Part shown: positions 1 through 8,963 of the stretch, in pieces
Numbering within the stretch: position 1 is the stretch's first letter
Layout: every line of letters begins with the position of its first letter
Assembly (NCBI GenBank): GCA_963805625.1
Contig: CAWDVE010000017.1
Span: forward strand, 800,001 to 864,000
Reading direction: 5' to 3'
Length of the DNA stretch: 64,000 nt
Source: an uncultured Candidatus Rokubacteria bacterium
GTDB lineage: Bacteria > Methylomirabilota > Methylomirabilia > Rokubacteriales > DASRDR01
Made by a program: the position numbers and the translations under genes
Notes under the pieces: generated by a model
Told to the model about the DNA's origin: nothing
Seen by the model: the letters and a program-made list of their open reading frames with translations, nothing else
Database searches by the model: none

Positions 1-4
1 CCGG

Positions 5-532
5 GTGCGGGTCACCCGGCGCTTTGGCGTCGTCTACCAGGGCGGCGCGCTCTGGAGCTCCATGACTCTCGCCCAGAACGTGGGCCTGCCACTGGGCGAG
101 TTCACTGATCTGACGGCGGCCCAGATCCGAGAGGTCGCCTCCCTCAAGCTGGCCCTGGTCGGTCTGGCCGGTTTCGAGGACTTCTATCCCTCGCAGATCA
201 GCGGCGGCATGCAGAAGCGCGCGGGCCTGGCGCGGGCCATGGCCCTCGACCCTGACATCCTGTTTCTGGACGAGCCGTCCGCCGGACTCGATCCCATGAG
301 CGCCCGACGGCTCGACGATCTGATTCTGGAGCTCCGCGACAGCCTCGGCTCCACGGTGGTGGTGGTGACCCACGAGCTGGCCAGCATCTTTGCGATCGGC
401 GACGATTCCGTGTTCCTCGATCCGGAGACGCGGACCATGATCGCCCGTGGCAACCCAAAGACTTTACTGGCCGAGTCGACCATTCCCAAGGTGCAGGCCT
501 TTCTCACGCGCGGACAGGCTCCGGCGCGGTGA
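5..532 (+). CDS. mlaF: MlaF/Ttg2A-type ABC transporter ATP-binding protein, 5'-truncated by the window edge
   Basis: Q-loop VVYQ, signature ISGGMQKR, Walker B ILFLDEP, SAGLDP and H-loop VTHE; directly upstream of an MCE gene. Confidence 0.9.
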   Translation: MRVTRRFGVVYQGGALWSSMTLAQNVGLPLGEFTDLTAAQIREVASLKLALVGLAGFEDFYPSQISGGMQKRAGLARAMALDPDILFLDEPSAGLDPMSARRLDDLILELRDSLGSTVVVVTHELASIFAIGDDSVFLDPETRTMIARGNPKTLLAESTIPKVQAFLTRGQAPAR

Positions 533-554
533 AGGGGGAAAGACGACATTCGCG

Positions 555-1676
555 ATGGCCAAACGTGCAAACCCAACCCTGATTGGCGCTTTCGTGCTGG
601 GGGGCCTCACGCTCGTCGTGGCCACGGTCCTGCTCCTCGGGGGACGGGAGTGGTTCAAGCGTCCCTTGATCTGCCTCATGGCTTTCGACGGCAACGTGAC
701 GGGACTCGCGGTCGGATCGCCGGTGAGCATCCGCGGGGTCCAGGTGGGCACTGTGTCGAGCATCCAGGTTCGGGCAGGGACGCCGTTCGTGGTCGTCACG
801 ACCGAGTTCGACCCCGTGCGCGTCAGCGGCTTGCCAGGAGTGATCGCGCAGAAGGGCTTGGCGCGGACTCTCCAGGACGCCGTGGAAAGAGGCATGAGGG
901 CCCGGCTCGAGACGTTGAGCCTCCTCACCGGGCAACTCTACATCGGGCTCGAGGAACATCCCGAGACACCCGCTCGGATGACGGGCATCGACAAGGCGCA
1001 TTGCGAGATCCCCACCATTCCCTCCGCGCTGGCGCAGTTCCAGGATCAGGCGAAGAAGATCCTGACGATGGTGGAACAGTTGCCCCTCAAGGAGCTCGTG
1101 GAATCGGCCACGCGGACAATCGAGGGCGTCGACCAGGTGGTGCGCGCGCCAGAGCTGAGGCGCGCCGTCGAGTCGCTCGACGGCACGCTGCGCGAGGCCC
1201 GGACGGTCCTGCGCAACATCGACACCCGCATTGACGCCAGCGCCGCGGCGCTAGAGACCACGCTCGGGCAGGCGCAACGCACCATCGATGAGGTGGGCCG
1301 CGACGTGAGCAGGCTGGTCCGAAGCGTGGACAACCAGGTGCAGCCCCTGGCGGCGAGCCTGGCGACGACGTCCGACTCGGCCCGGGAGCTCCTGCGGGAC
1401 GTTCAGCGGAGTCTGCGCAACGTCGACGAGCAGCTCGGCCCGGCGCTGGCCTCGCTCCGAGCCGCCAGCGACTCTGCCCGTGATGCACTGCGGAAAGCGG
1501 AGAGATCTCTCGATCAGGTGGATGGTGTGCTCGATGGACGTTCGCCGCTCGGCTATCAGCTGGTGGATGTGCTGGACGAACTGACCCGCGCCGTTCGCAT
1601 CTTGCGGACGCTGGGAGAGGAGATTGACCGGCAGCCAAACGTGCTCCTCTTCGGTCGGGGAGCACCAAAGGAATGA
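555..1676 (+). CDS. MCE/MlaD family protein with long helical C-terminal region (PqiB-like)
   Basis: N-terminal TM (PTLIGAFVLGG), MCE motif GLAVGSPVSIRGVQVGTV, SLLTGQLYI, helical repeats, C-terminal PNVLLFGR; ATG at 555 chosen over the ORF-track start. Confidence 0.88.
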   Translation: MAKRANPTLIGAFVLGGLTLVVATVLLLGGREWFKRPLICLMAFDGNVTGLAVGSPVSIRGVQVGTVSSIQVRAGTPFVVVTTEFDPVRVSGLPGVIAQKGLARTLQDAVERGMRARLETLSLLTGQLYIGLEEHPETPARMTGIDKAHCEIPTIPSALAQFQDQAKKILTMVEQLPLKELVESATRTIEGVDQVVRAPELRRAVESLDGTLREARTVLRNIDTRIDASAAALETTLGQAQRTIDEVGRDVSRLVRSVDNQVQPLAASLATTSDSARELLRDVQRSLRNVDEQLGPALASLRAASDSARDALRKAERSLDQVDGVLDGRSPLGYQLVDVLDELTRAVRILRTLGEEIDRQPNVLLFGRGAPKE

Positions 1677-2269
1677 GGAACCGTCTTGCCGCCCCATTCG
1701 TCGTCGTGCTCCTCGCTACCCTGGGGGCGGGCTGCTCGCTGCGCGATGCGCCGCCAAGGACCTACATTCTGTCGGCGGCGGGCGTGCCGGCGACGACGGG
1801 CGCTCATGAGGGCCCAGTGGTGGGCGTAGGCCCGGTGGCGCTTCCCGCGTACCTCGATCGACGCTCCATCGTGATGCACGAGGCAGACGGCGAGATCCGA
1901 CATTCCACGAGCCATCACTGGGCCGAGCCGCTCAAGGACGGCGTGACGCGCGTGGTCGCCGAGAACCTCGCGGTCATGATCCCCACCGACGCGGCACTCG
2001 TGTACCCGTGGCGCTCTCCCAGGGTCTTGACATACCGCGTCACACTGGAGATCTTCCGCTTTGACGGCACTCTCGGAGGTCCCGTCGTGCTGAATGGGCG
2101 CTGGCGGCTGCTCGACAAGGACGGCAACGAGCTGGCCCTTCGAACGGTGACGCTCGACGAGCGGCCCGTCGATTCGACATATGCGGCCCTCGTGGCCTCG
2201 CACAGTCGTCTGCTCGCCGCGGTGAGCCGAGACATCGCGACCGCGATCCGTACACGCGATGCCGGATAG
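1673..2269 (+). CDS. PqiC-like ABC auxiliary lipoprotein
   Basis: Lipobox LGAGC, VGPVALPAYLDR, WAEPL; ATGA overlap with the MCE gene. Confidence 0.88.
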   Translation: MRNRLAAPFVVVLLATLGAGCSLRDAPPRTYILSAAGVPATTGAHEGPVVGVGPVALPAYLDRRSIVMHEADGEIRHSTSHHWAEPLKDGVTRVVAENLAVMIPTDAALVYPWRSPRVLTYRVTLEIFRFDGTLGGPVVLNGRWRLLDKDGNELALRTVTLDERPVDSTYAALVASHSRLLAAVSRDIATAIRTRDAG

Positions 2270-2674
2270 ATCCCGCGAGCGCCGCGCTGGTGGTCGGAAT
2301 GCAGCGCGCGCGGGCGGGACCGGCAAGGCGGGTGCGGCGGACAATGTTGCGAGTTAGTGTCGCTGGGCCGGCGTTACTCTGGATTCCAGGGCCGCCGACC
2401 CGGCGCGGCAATCGCCGGATATTCCTGGCCGCGCGCCGCATGGGCCTTCTCGACCCGGCGAGCGCACAAGTCCCGGGCGGCCGGCCCCGGCGGGGAGCGG
2501 GGAAGCTCAGAGAGCGTGCCGTGGGACGCCCAGGATTCTCAGCGACGCGTGGGGCCATCGGCGGAAGGCAGAGGTGGATGGCCGCACGCTCGGGGTTGGG
2601 GGCCGTCCCGGCGGTGCGGAACTACGCGGGCTGGCGGAGGGAGCGGTGGGTAGGCCGTCGGCCTGGTTGCGGAC

Positions 2675-4236
2675 TTAAGGAGCCCCTTTGCCCTGTTCCT
2701 TCTTGATTTTCTCGAGGGTTTCCTCTCTCGCTGCCCTCGATTCCAGGATCAGGCGGTAGGCGATGTAGTACTTGTAGATGTTGGCGACGTAGGTCACCGT
2801 CTCCGGACCAATCTTGTCGGCGGCGACATACTCCACGTTGTGGAACCAGACGTTCGGATCCAGCCCGCGCTTGGCGGCGTCCCTGCGGAGCTGAGAAATG
2901 CGGCCCGCACCAGCATTGTAGGAAGCGAACGCGAACAGGGCCTTGTCCAGTCTGGTCATGGGCTCATTACCGTAGTACTGGTCGATCATCCAGCGCATGT
3001 ACTTGATGCCGGCGTGGATGTTTGGCTCGACCTGGGTGATGTCGCCCACGCCGAGATCCTTCCCGGTGGCCGGCATGACCTGCATCACGCCGATGGCGCC
3101 CACCCGACTGCGGGCGGCCTGATCGAGCTGGGATTCCTGGTATCCCTGGGCCGCCATCAGCAACCAGTCCACATCGTACTTGTCCGCCGTACTTCTGGAA
3201 GTACTGGATCAGATCGAGGAATTTCTTGCGTTCGGATTCGGAGGCAGCGTTCTTCACATACTTCGCGCTCTTCAAGTAACGCGCCAGGATCATGTTTCCC
3301 GCCGTGGTCCCTTTGCCGTGGCGCGCGATGAAGTCGTCGACAGCGGCCTTGAGCTGCGGGCTGCCCTTGCGCATCGCCCAGGCAATGTCGCCGCCGGTGC
3401 GCACCGCGACCCCGTCGTGCACCGTGATCTTGGGGAAGACCTGCTTCCAGAAGTCGGCCTTGTGCTTGTCGACGACGATGAGCGGAATCAGGCCGGCGTT
3501 CACCATCTCGATCAGATCCTCGTCCTCCAGCGTCTCCGGCGCCTCCTTGATGATCACCGCAGGCTTCTTCTCTGTCGGCGAACCGCTGGTTGAGGGCGAT
3601 CAGGCTCTCGTAATAGCTGGAGGAGGTGCGAACGAAGACCTCCTTGCCCGCGAGGTCGTCCACGCTGGACACCGCTGGTGAGGCGGGACCCGATACCACC
3701 ACCTCGCTGACGTTGGGATACACCGGCGAAGAAAAGTCGACCAGTTGTCTGTCGCTCGTCGGTAATGGTGAGGTTGGCCGCCGCGATATCGCCCTTGCCG
3801 GCCGCCAGCGCCTGCAGAATCTCGCCGCGGCCGACCGGAATGAACACCACTCGCACCTTGAGATGCCTGTTGCTTCAGCTTCCGCGCCTTGGCCAGCTTC
3901 TTGTTCAGATCCTCCTCGAACAGGCGAGCAAAGTCGTAAGTTCGCGCCGCGCTGGACACCCTTATCCACGAAATAGAAGGTCTTGCTGTAGACCGTCAGC
4001 ACTCGAATGACCCGCCGCTCGATCATGCCGTCGAGATCACCGGTCCACGGCTGAATCGCGTCTTCGGGGTGTATGGTGAGCCGCTCACGCTGCGGCGTCT
4101 GGGGGGCCGGCTGTGCGACGGCTGCAGCATGGAACGGGCCGGCGAGAGGGGTGCACGCGAGGACCGCAGCGGCGCCGATGGCCAGCCGAAGGCGGCTTGG
4201 CGGGCGGTGTGCTGGCAGGTGGCGATTCCTCAACAT
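2675..4236 (-). pseudogene. MltF-like membrane-bound lytic transglycosylase (SBP + SLT domains) broken by five +1 frameshifts; possibly sequencing artefact
   Basis: Pieces in alternating frames join into one protein: WTGDLDGMIERRVIRVL, KGDIAAANLTIT, LVDFSSP, EDLIEMVNAG, AQGYQES (catalytic Glu), GAIGVMQVMP, ASYNAG; shifts near 3941, 3872, 3747, 3574, 3182. Confidence 0.85.
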
Positions 4237-4398
4237 ACTCAGCGCCCCATGAGTTGGTCTGGTGTGACCGCTTACGACTGCCCCCGTCCTTTTCGGCCGA
4301 ATTCCCCGCCCCCTGGGGACATGTTGGTGTTCTACGACATGAGGCGGACCCCGTGCAAGCGGGCATTGGCGATGGCGGCGCCGACGGCGAGGGCCTGA

Positions 4399-4539
4399 GC
4401 GCCTCTAGGAGCGCGTTGGACGAGGCGACCCACCCAGGTGGGAATCGGCCGTCGCGAGGCCGAGGCCGCGCTCGCGATCTTCGGCCGGCTCGACGACGAG
4501 GCGGGCCAGGCCCGCGCTCTCGACGTGCTGAGGCGGTGA
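4399..4539 (+). pseudogene. Short TPR-like helical gene remnant
   Basis: Reads REAEAALAIFGRLDDEAGQARALDVL, a TPR-like pattern; lies between two stops with no convincing start/RBS. Confidence 0.3.
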
Positions 4540-4567
4540 CGGCGTTCGAGGAAGCGGAACGCAAGGA

Positions 4568-4825
4568 TTATGGGGAGCCAACGCGCTGCGGGATGCAGTA
4601 GCCGCCGCGCGCTTCGTGGACTTCCTCTTTGGCCGCTATAAGGGCACGCAGTCCGGCTGACGAGGGGTTGTCGGTGATGCTCGTAAGTGGGAAACTGAGC
4701 GACACTCCTGCGAGACCGATGCCGACGTTCGGGAAGGCTGCCGCCCGCACTGCGGTGCCACAGGCGCCAAACAGGAGCCGGAATGTAGCGATCAATTCAG
4801 TCGCCGACGTCCTCGAGATCGACAT
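4568..4825 (-). pseudogene. aqpZ: Aquaporin Z N-terminal remnant
   Basis: [48 protein letters not shown] resembles AqpZ TM1-TM2 (AEFxGTFWLVxGGCGSAVLAAxFPxxGIGxxGVxLAFGLT); no NPA motif and only 85 aa. Confidence 0.7.
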
Positions 4826-4992
4826 CACCGGTACCCTCGTGTGAGCAATGGCGAACGCCCGCCGCACGACCCGGTGACGGCAGAGCACCGGGGGGCTCAG
4901 TTCGGAGCGTTGCGGTGCCGAGGCGCCGAGCAAGACCACGGATTCCCCCGCAATGAACACACGGCGCGCGGGGACGCGCAAGGAGAAGGACG

Positions 4993-6105
4993 ATGAACGC
5001 GCCCTTGAAGCCAGACCCAGGCCTCGAAGGACAGCGGACAACGCCGCTGCTCGACGTGCTGATCCGCGCCGGTCTCATCTTCGCACTGGCGACGCTCTGT
5101 TACCGGATCTTCTCGCCATTCCTGACCCTGACGGTCTGGGCGGTGATCCTCGCCGTCACGATGTACCCGCTCCACCAGCGGCTCGCGTACCGGCTGGGCG
5201 GGAGGCAGGGATGGGCGTCCACGCTGATCGTTCTGGTTGGTGTGGCGCTCTTCGTGGTGCCGACGGGCCTGCTGGTGGGTTCGCTGGGCGACGCGGCGCA
5301 GGGATTCGTGCGAGGCGTCCAGGCCAACACCGTGCAGATTCCGGCTCCGCGCCCGGGTGTGGAAGGATGGCCGATCGTCGGCAAGGAGATCCATGCGTTC
5401 TGGTCGAAGGCACACTCCGACCTTCCGGCACTCGTGCAGAGCATGCAGCCGAAGATCGGTGAGCTCGCGATTTGGGTGCTGGGCGCGGTGGCCGGGATTG
5501 GCGGCGGCATGCTCCAGTTCCTGGCGGCGTTCGTGATTGCCGGCGTCATCATGGCATTTGGCGAGGCTGGCGCACGCAGCAGCGAGGCGATCTTCGCGCG
5601 GATCATCAGCCCGGAGCGCGCTCCCAGTTTCGTTGCGCTGTCCACGGCGACCATTCGTGCGGTCGCACAGGGTGTCATCGGCGTGGCCCTGATCCAGGCC
5701 CTCGCGGTCGGCGTGATACTGCTCGTGGCCGGAATCCCGCTGGCGGGCCTGCTCGCGATCATCGTCCTGGTGCTGGGCATTGCACAGCTGCCCGCCGTGC
5801 TCGTCCTCTTGCCGGTGATTCTCTACATCTGGACGAGCGGCGATTACGGCACTGGGTCGGCGATCGTCTATTCGGCGTTGCTGCTCGCCGCAGGCCTGTT
5901 GGACAACGTCCTGAAGCCGCTGATGCTGGGCCGTGGCGTCGATGCGCCGATGCCGGTCATCCTGCTCGGCGCATTGGGCGGCATGGCGGCCAGGGGCATG
6001 GTCGGACTGTTCTTGGGCGCCGTCCTGCTGGCGCTGGGCTACCAGATCTTCATGGGCTGGGTATACGCGGGCCAGGCAGAGTCTGATTCGCAGCCGGCCG
6101 GTTGA
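4993..6105 (+). CDS. AI-2E family transporter
   Basis: Multi-TM protein with [31 protein letters not shown]; AGGAGAAGG RBS. Confidence 0.9.
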   Translation: MNAPLKPDPGLEGQRTTPLLDVLIRAGLIFALATLCYRIFSPFLTLTVWAVILAVTMYPLHQRLAYRLGGRQGWASTLIVLVGVALFVVPTGLLVGSLGDAAQGFVRGVQANTVQIPAPRPGVEGWPIVGKEIHAFWSKAHSDLPALVQSMQPKIGELAIWVLGAVAGIGGGMLQFLAAFVIAGVIMAFGEAGARSSEAIFARIISPERAPSFVALSTATIRAVAQGVIGVALIQALAVGVILLVAGIPLAGLLAIIVLVLGIAQLPAVLVLLPVILYIWTSGDYGTGSAIVYSALLLAAGLLDNVLKPLMLGRGVDAPMPVILLGALGGMAARGMVGLFLGAVLLALGYQIFMGWVYAGQAESDSQPAG

Positions 6106-6281
6106 ACCATGTTTGGCCTGTCGGGACATCCCAGAGCGTCCGGTGCCACCGCCAGGCTCTTGACAGGGCGCGCGACAGCCCCGCACCCTCTTGGGCGAAG
6201 AGGTGTCGTCTGTCGGCCCCCTGCGGGAATGCGGAGGACAGCTTTTTTGTCGACTCCCCCCTCTAACCGAGGCTGGCGGGG

Positions 6282-6902
6282 ATGAGCGCAGGCAGCAGAG
6301 CCGCACGCACCTATACGGCAGAGGAAGCGCTTGCCCGCCTCGTCGCAGGCAACCAGCGCTTCGTTCGCGGGCAGGCGCGATTCCCGACCGTGCAGAAGGA
6401 GATCCTCGCCGACCTCGCGAAGGGTCAACGCCCCTACGCGACGATCATCGGCTGCAGCGACTCGCGCGTGCCGCCCGAGCTGGTCTTCGACGCAGGGTTT
6501 GGGGAGCTGTTCATCGTGCGCATCGCGGGCAACGTGATTTCACCCGAGGTCATGGGTACGCTGCAGTACGCCGCTCTGCACTTGCACACACCGCTGTTCG
6601 TCGTGCTGGGCCACGAGGGTTGCGGTGCGGTGCAGGCTGCACTCGGGGTGAAGCGGCAGGGCGCGCGGGAGCGCGCCCGCATCGCGCTGCTCCTGGAAGA
6701 GATTCTGCCTGGATTGCGGGATATCAATGCGGAACTGACGCCGCAGGACCAGCTCGGGGCCGCGGTAGAGGCCAATGTGCGCTGGTCGATGCATCAGCTG
6801 CTGGACACGCCCGAAGGTCAAGCCCGGATGGCGGAAGGGGTCCTGAAGCTCGTGGGGGCGATCTACGAACTGAAGACTGGCCGCGTGCGGTTCTTGCACT
6901 GA
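6282..6902 (+). CDS. Beta-class carbonic anhydrase
   Basis: GNQRF, GCSDSRV, GELFIVRIAGN, LGHEGCGAV (Zn ligands Cys/His/Cys). Confidence 0.95.
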   Translation: MSAGSRAARTYTAEEALARLVAGNQRFVRGQARFPTVQKEILADLAKGQRPYATIIGCSDSRVPPELVFDAGFGELFIVRIAGNVISPEVMGTLQYAALHLHTPLFVVLGHEGCGAVQAALGVKRQGARERARIALLLEEILPGLRDINAELTPQDQLGAAVEANVRWSMHQLLDTPEGQARMAEGVLKLVGAIYELKTGRVRFLH

Positions 6903-7064
6903 AACGTCGCCGGCCCGTCGTGCCGGGCCTGGACGCGCGACGGTGCTTACGCATTCTTTCGCCTCATCGAGACCGCGCTCGGCATCGGCGTGGCCTGGGC
7001 GATCGGTCTCGTGCCGCGACTCGTTCGGGTCGACGAGGACGGGGCTCCATCAAGAGATCCGTGA
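6903..7064 (+). pseudogene. FUSC/aromatic-acid-exporter-like C-terminal remnant
   Basis: AYAFFRLIETALGIGVAWAIGLVP resembles the R-x-x-E/D-T-x-x-G last helix of FUSC-family proteins; no start codon; in frame after the carbonic anhydrase TGA. Confidence 0.45.
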
Positions 7065-7120
7065 GTGAAGTCGGGGCGGCGCGGCGACCTGGTGGGTCAC
7101 TCGCGCCCTCCGGTCAGCAC

Positions 7121-7564
7121 TCATGCCGGGGTCTTCAGGGATGGGAAGAGCCGCCCGTAGATCACCCCGATCACGGTCACGAGGATGCCGGTGGACCATC
7201 CCAGCATCAGCACTCCCACCGCCGCCTCGATCGGGCCGAGGAGGCGCCATGGCTCGGGCAACACCACGTCGCCATAGCCGACGGTGGTGTAGCTCGTGAG
7301 CGAGAAGTAGACTGCCGATTCGAGGTCGGGCAGCCCGCCGACCAGGACGAAGAAGAGCGCCCACACGATCGCCTCGGTGAGATGCAGCAGCAGCAGGGCG
7401 CCCACGAGCTGCGTCATGAAGAGCTCCGCGACGAGTCGGCCTGGACGGTCCTTGCGCCCGCTCCAGTGCCTGGTCACGCGTCCGACCGACGTGACGGTGC
7501 CGACACCATGAATGATCACCGTGATCGCCGTGAGGCCGAGCGCGGACAGGATCAGTCTGATCAT
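7121..7564 (-). CDS. Minimal potassium channel protein (Ion_trans_2)
   Basis: YFSLTSYTTVGYGD selectivity filter flanked by TM helices; GGAGAG RBS before ATG 7564. Confidence 0.9.
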   Translation of the reverse strand: MIRLILSALGLTAITVIIHGVGTVTSVGRVTRHWSGRKDRPGRLVAELFMTQLVGALLLLHLTEAIVWALFFVLVGGLPDLESAVYFSLTSYTTVGYGDVVLPEPWRLLGPIEAAVGVLMLGWSTGILVTVIGVIYGRLFPSLKTPA

Positions 7565-7658
7565 CGACGTCTCTCCGAGCCCGCGGCGTCGCGAGTGCAC
7601 GAGACCGCGCCTCGTGCGCTGCGCGTGAGTGCCTGTCGCTGTTGAACCATCGACAAGC

Positions 7659-8732
7659 TCACCCTGCCGTCGGGATGAAATAGAACATGAGGGCGATGAT
7701 GAGATACACGGCGATGAGCTGGACCCCCTTGTACCAGTTCGAGCGCCCGTCCCCGGCCACCAGCGCTCCGATCAGGACGGCCATGAAGAGCGACCCGATC
7801 TCCGGACGGCTGAAGGAGAGCTCGAGCGGCGACGGCGCCACGAAGTAGCTCGCGAGCACCAGCACCGGCGCGACGAAGAGGGCGATCTGGATGCAGCTGC
7901 CGAGCGCGATGCCCACCGTGAGGTCCATCCTGTTCTTGCGCGCCATCGCGATCGCGGAGCCGCTCTCAGCGGCGCCGCCGACGATCGCCAGGAGGACGAT
8001 CCCGATGAAGACCTGCGACATTCCGAGTGCCGTCCCGGTGCCCTCCGCCGCGCCGACGAGGATCTCGCTCATCCACGCCGCGAGGAGCGACGCGGCGAGG
8101 AGGCTCCCGATCGCGCGCGCCCGGCTCCAGTGCGGACCGTCGTGGGCCTCGTGGCCGCCTGCATCTCCCGTGAACTCGTCGGGGTGGGTCTTGAGCATGA
8201 AGACGAGGTACAGACCGTAGGCCGCGAGCAGCACGACGGCGAGGCCGACGTTGAGGAGCGCTTCCTCCCGCACGGTCTCCGTGGGCGCGAAGAGGCGGCT
8301 GAACGCGCTCGGCACGGTCAGGCTGATCGCCGCCAAGAGCATCATGGAGCTGTAGACCCGCGCGGCTGGCGCCTGGTAGCTCTGGTTGTGGAAGCGCAAC
8401 CCGCCGACCAGGAACGCGATGCCGAGCGCCAGCAGCAGGTTCGCGAGGATCGCGCCGACGATGGAGGCGCGCACCATGTCGAGAAGCCCCGCCCTCAGCG
8501 CCACCAGGGCGATGATCAGCTCGGGAGCGTTGCCGAAGGTCGCGTTGAGGAGCCCGCCGACCGCGTCGCCCGTGTAGGTCGAGAGCTGCTCGGTCGACCG
8601 AACGATGAGGCTCGCCACCGGCACGATCGCGGCTGCCGCGGCAAAGAACACCCAGGGCTCCGGCGCGCCGGCATGCTCGAGCGCGAGCGTGACCGGAATG
8701 AGGGCCAGCAGCCAGTTCACCGAGGGCTTCAC
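7659..8732 (-). CDS. Ca2+/H+ antiporter (CaCA/Cax family)
   Basis: alpha-1 repeat LNATFGNAPE, alpha-2 repeat AIVGGAAE, GSCIQIALFVAP, SNWYKGVQL. Confidence 0.92.
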   Translation of the reverse strand: MKPSVNWLLALIPVTLALEHAGAPEPWVFFAAAAAIVPVASLIVRSTEQLSTYTGDAVGGLLNATFGNAPELIIALVALRAGLLDMVRASIVGAILANLLLALGIAFLVGGLRFHNQSYQAPAARVYSSMMLLAAISLTVPSAFSRLFAPTETVREEALLNVGLAVVLLAAYGLYLVFMLKTHPDEFTGDAGGHEAHDGPHWSRARAIGSLLAASLLAAWMSEILVGAAEGTGTALGMSQVFIGIVLLAIVGGAAESGSAIAMARKNRMDLTVGIALGSCIQIALFVAPVLVLASYFVAPSPLELSFSRPEIGSLFMAVLIGALVAGDGRSNWYKGVQLIAVYLIIALMFYFIPTAG

Positions 8733-8963
8733 GTTCTGGCCTCCCTTCGGACGTGGTGCTCATCGACGCGATGCGGGCACGGCTCTGCAGAGGAGCCACG
8801 CGCCGCGCCCGCCCAGGTGCAGATGCGGGCGTGGAGAATGGGCGGAGCGCGCCGGATCTGGAGAGAAACGCACGCCGTCCACGAGGCGAGTCCGATCGCC
8901 GGCCACGCCAGCGAGTCGGCGAGCGCTCAGTGACCTCCCGGACCGCCGCGCGGGACGCCGGGC

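Noticed and set aside
2270-2674. 400-bp gap between convergent genes with several short ORFs
   Set aside because: Arg/Gly/Pro-rich translations, no RBS, and no convincing RNA structure or repeat
4368-4406. GGCGATGG start resembling a fluoride riboswitch
   Set aside because: Lacks the TTCGCC and GCTGATGAC elements and has no adjacent crcB/CLC gene
6900-6960. Selenocysteine recoding of the carbonic anhydrase UGA
   Set aside because: The UGA is at the normal C-terminus of the family and no Cys-equivalent position or clear SECIS is evident
8775-8790. GGCACGGCTCTGCA near the cax start as a third sigma54 site
   Set aside because: GG-GC spacing is 9 rather than 10, and it is on the wrong strand
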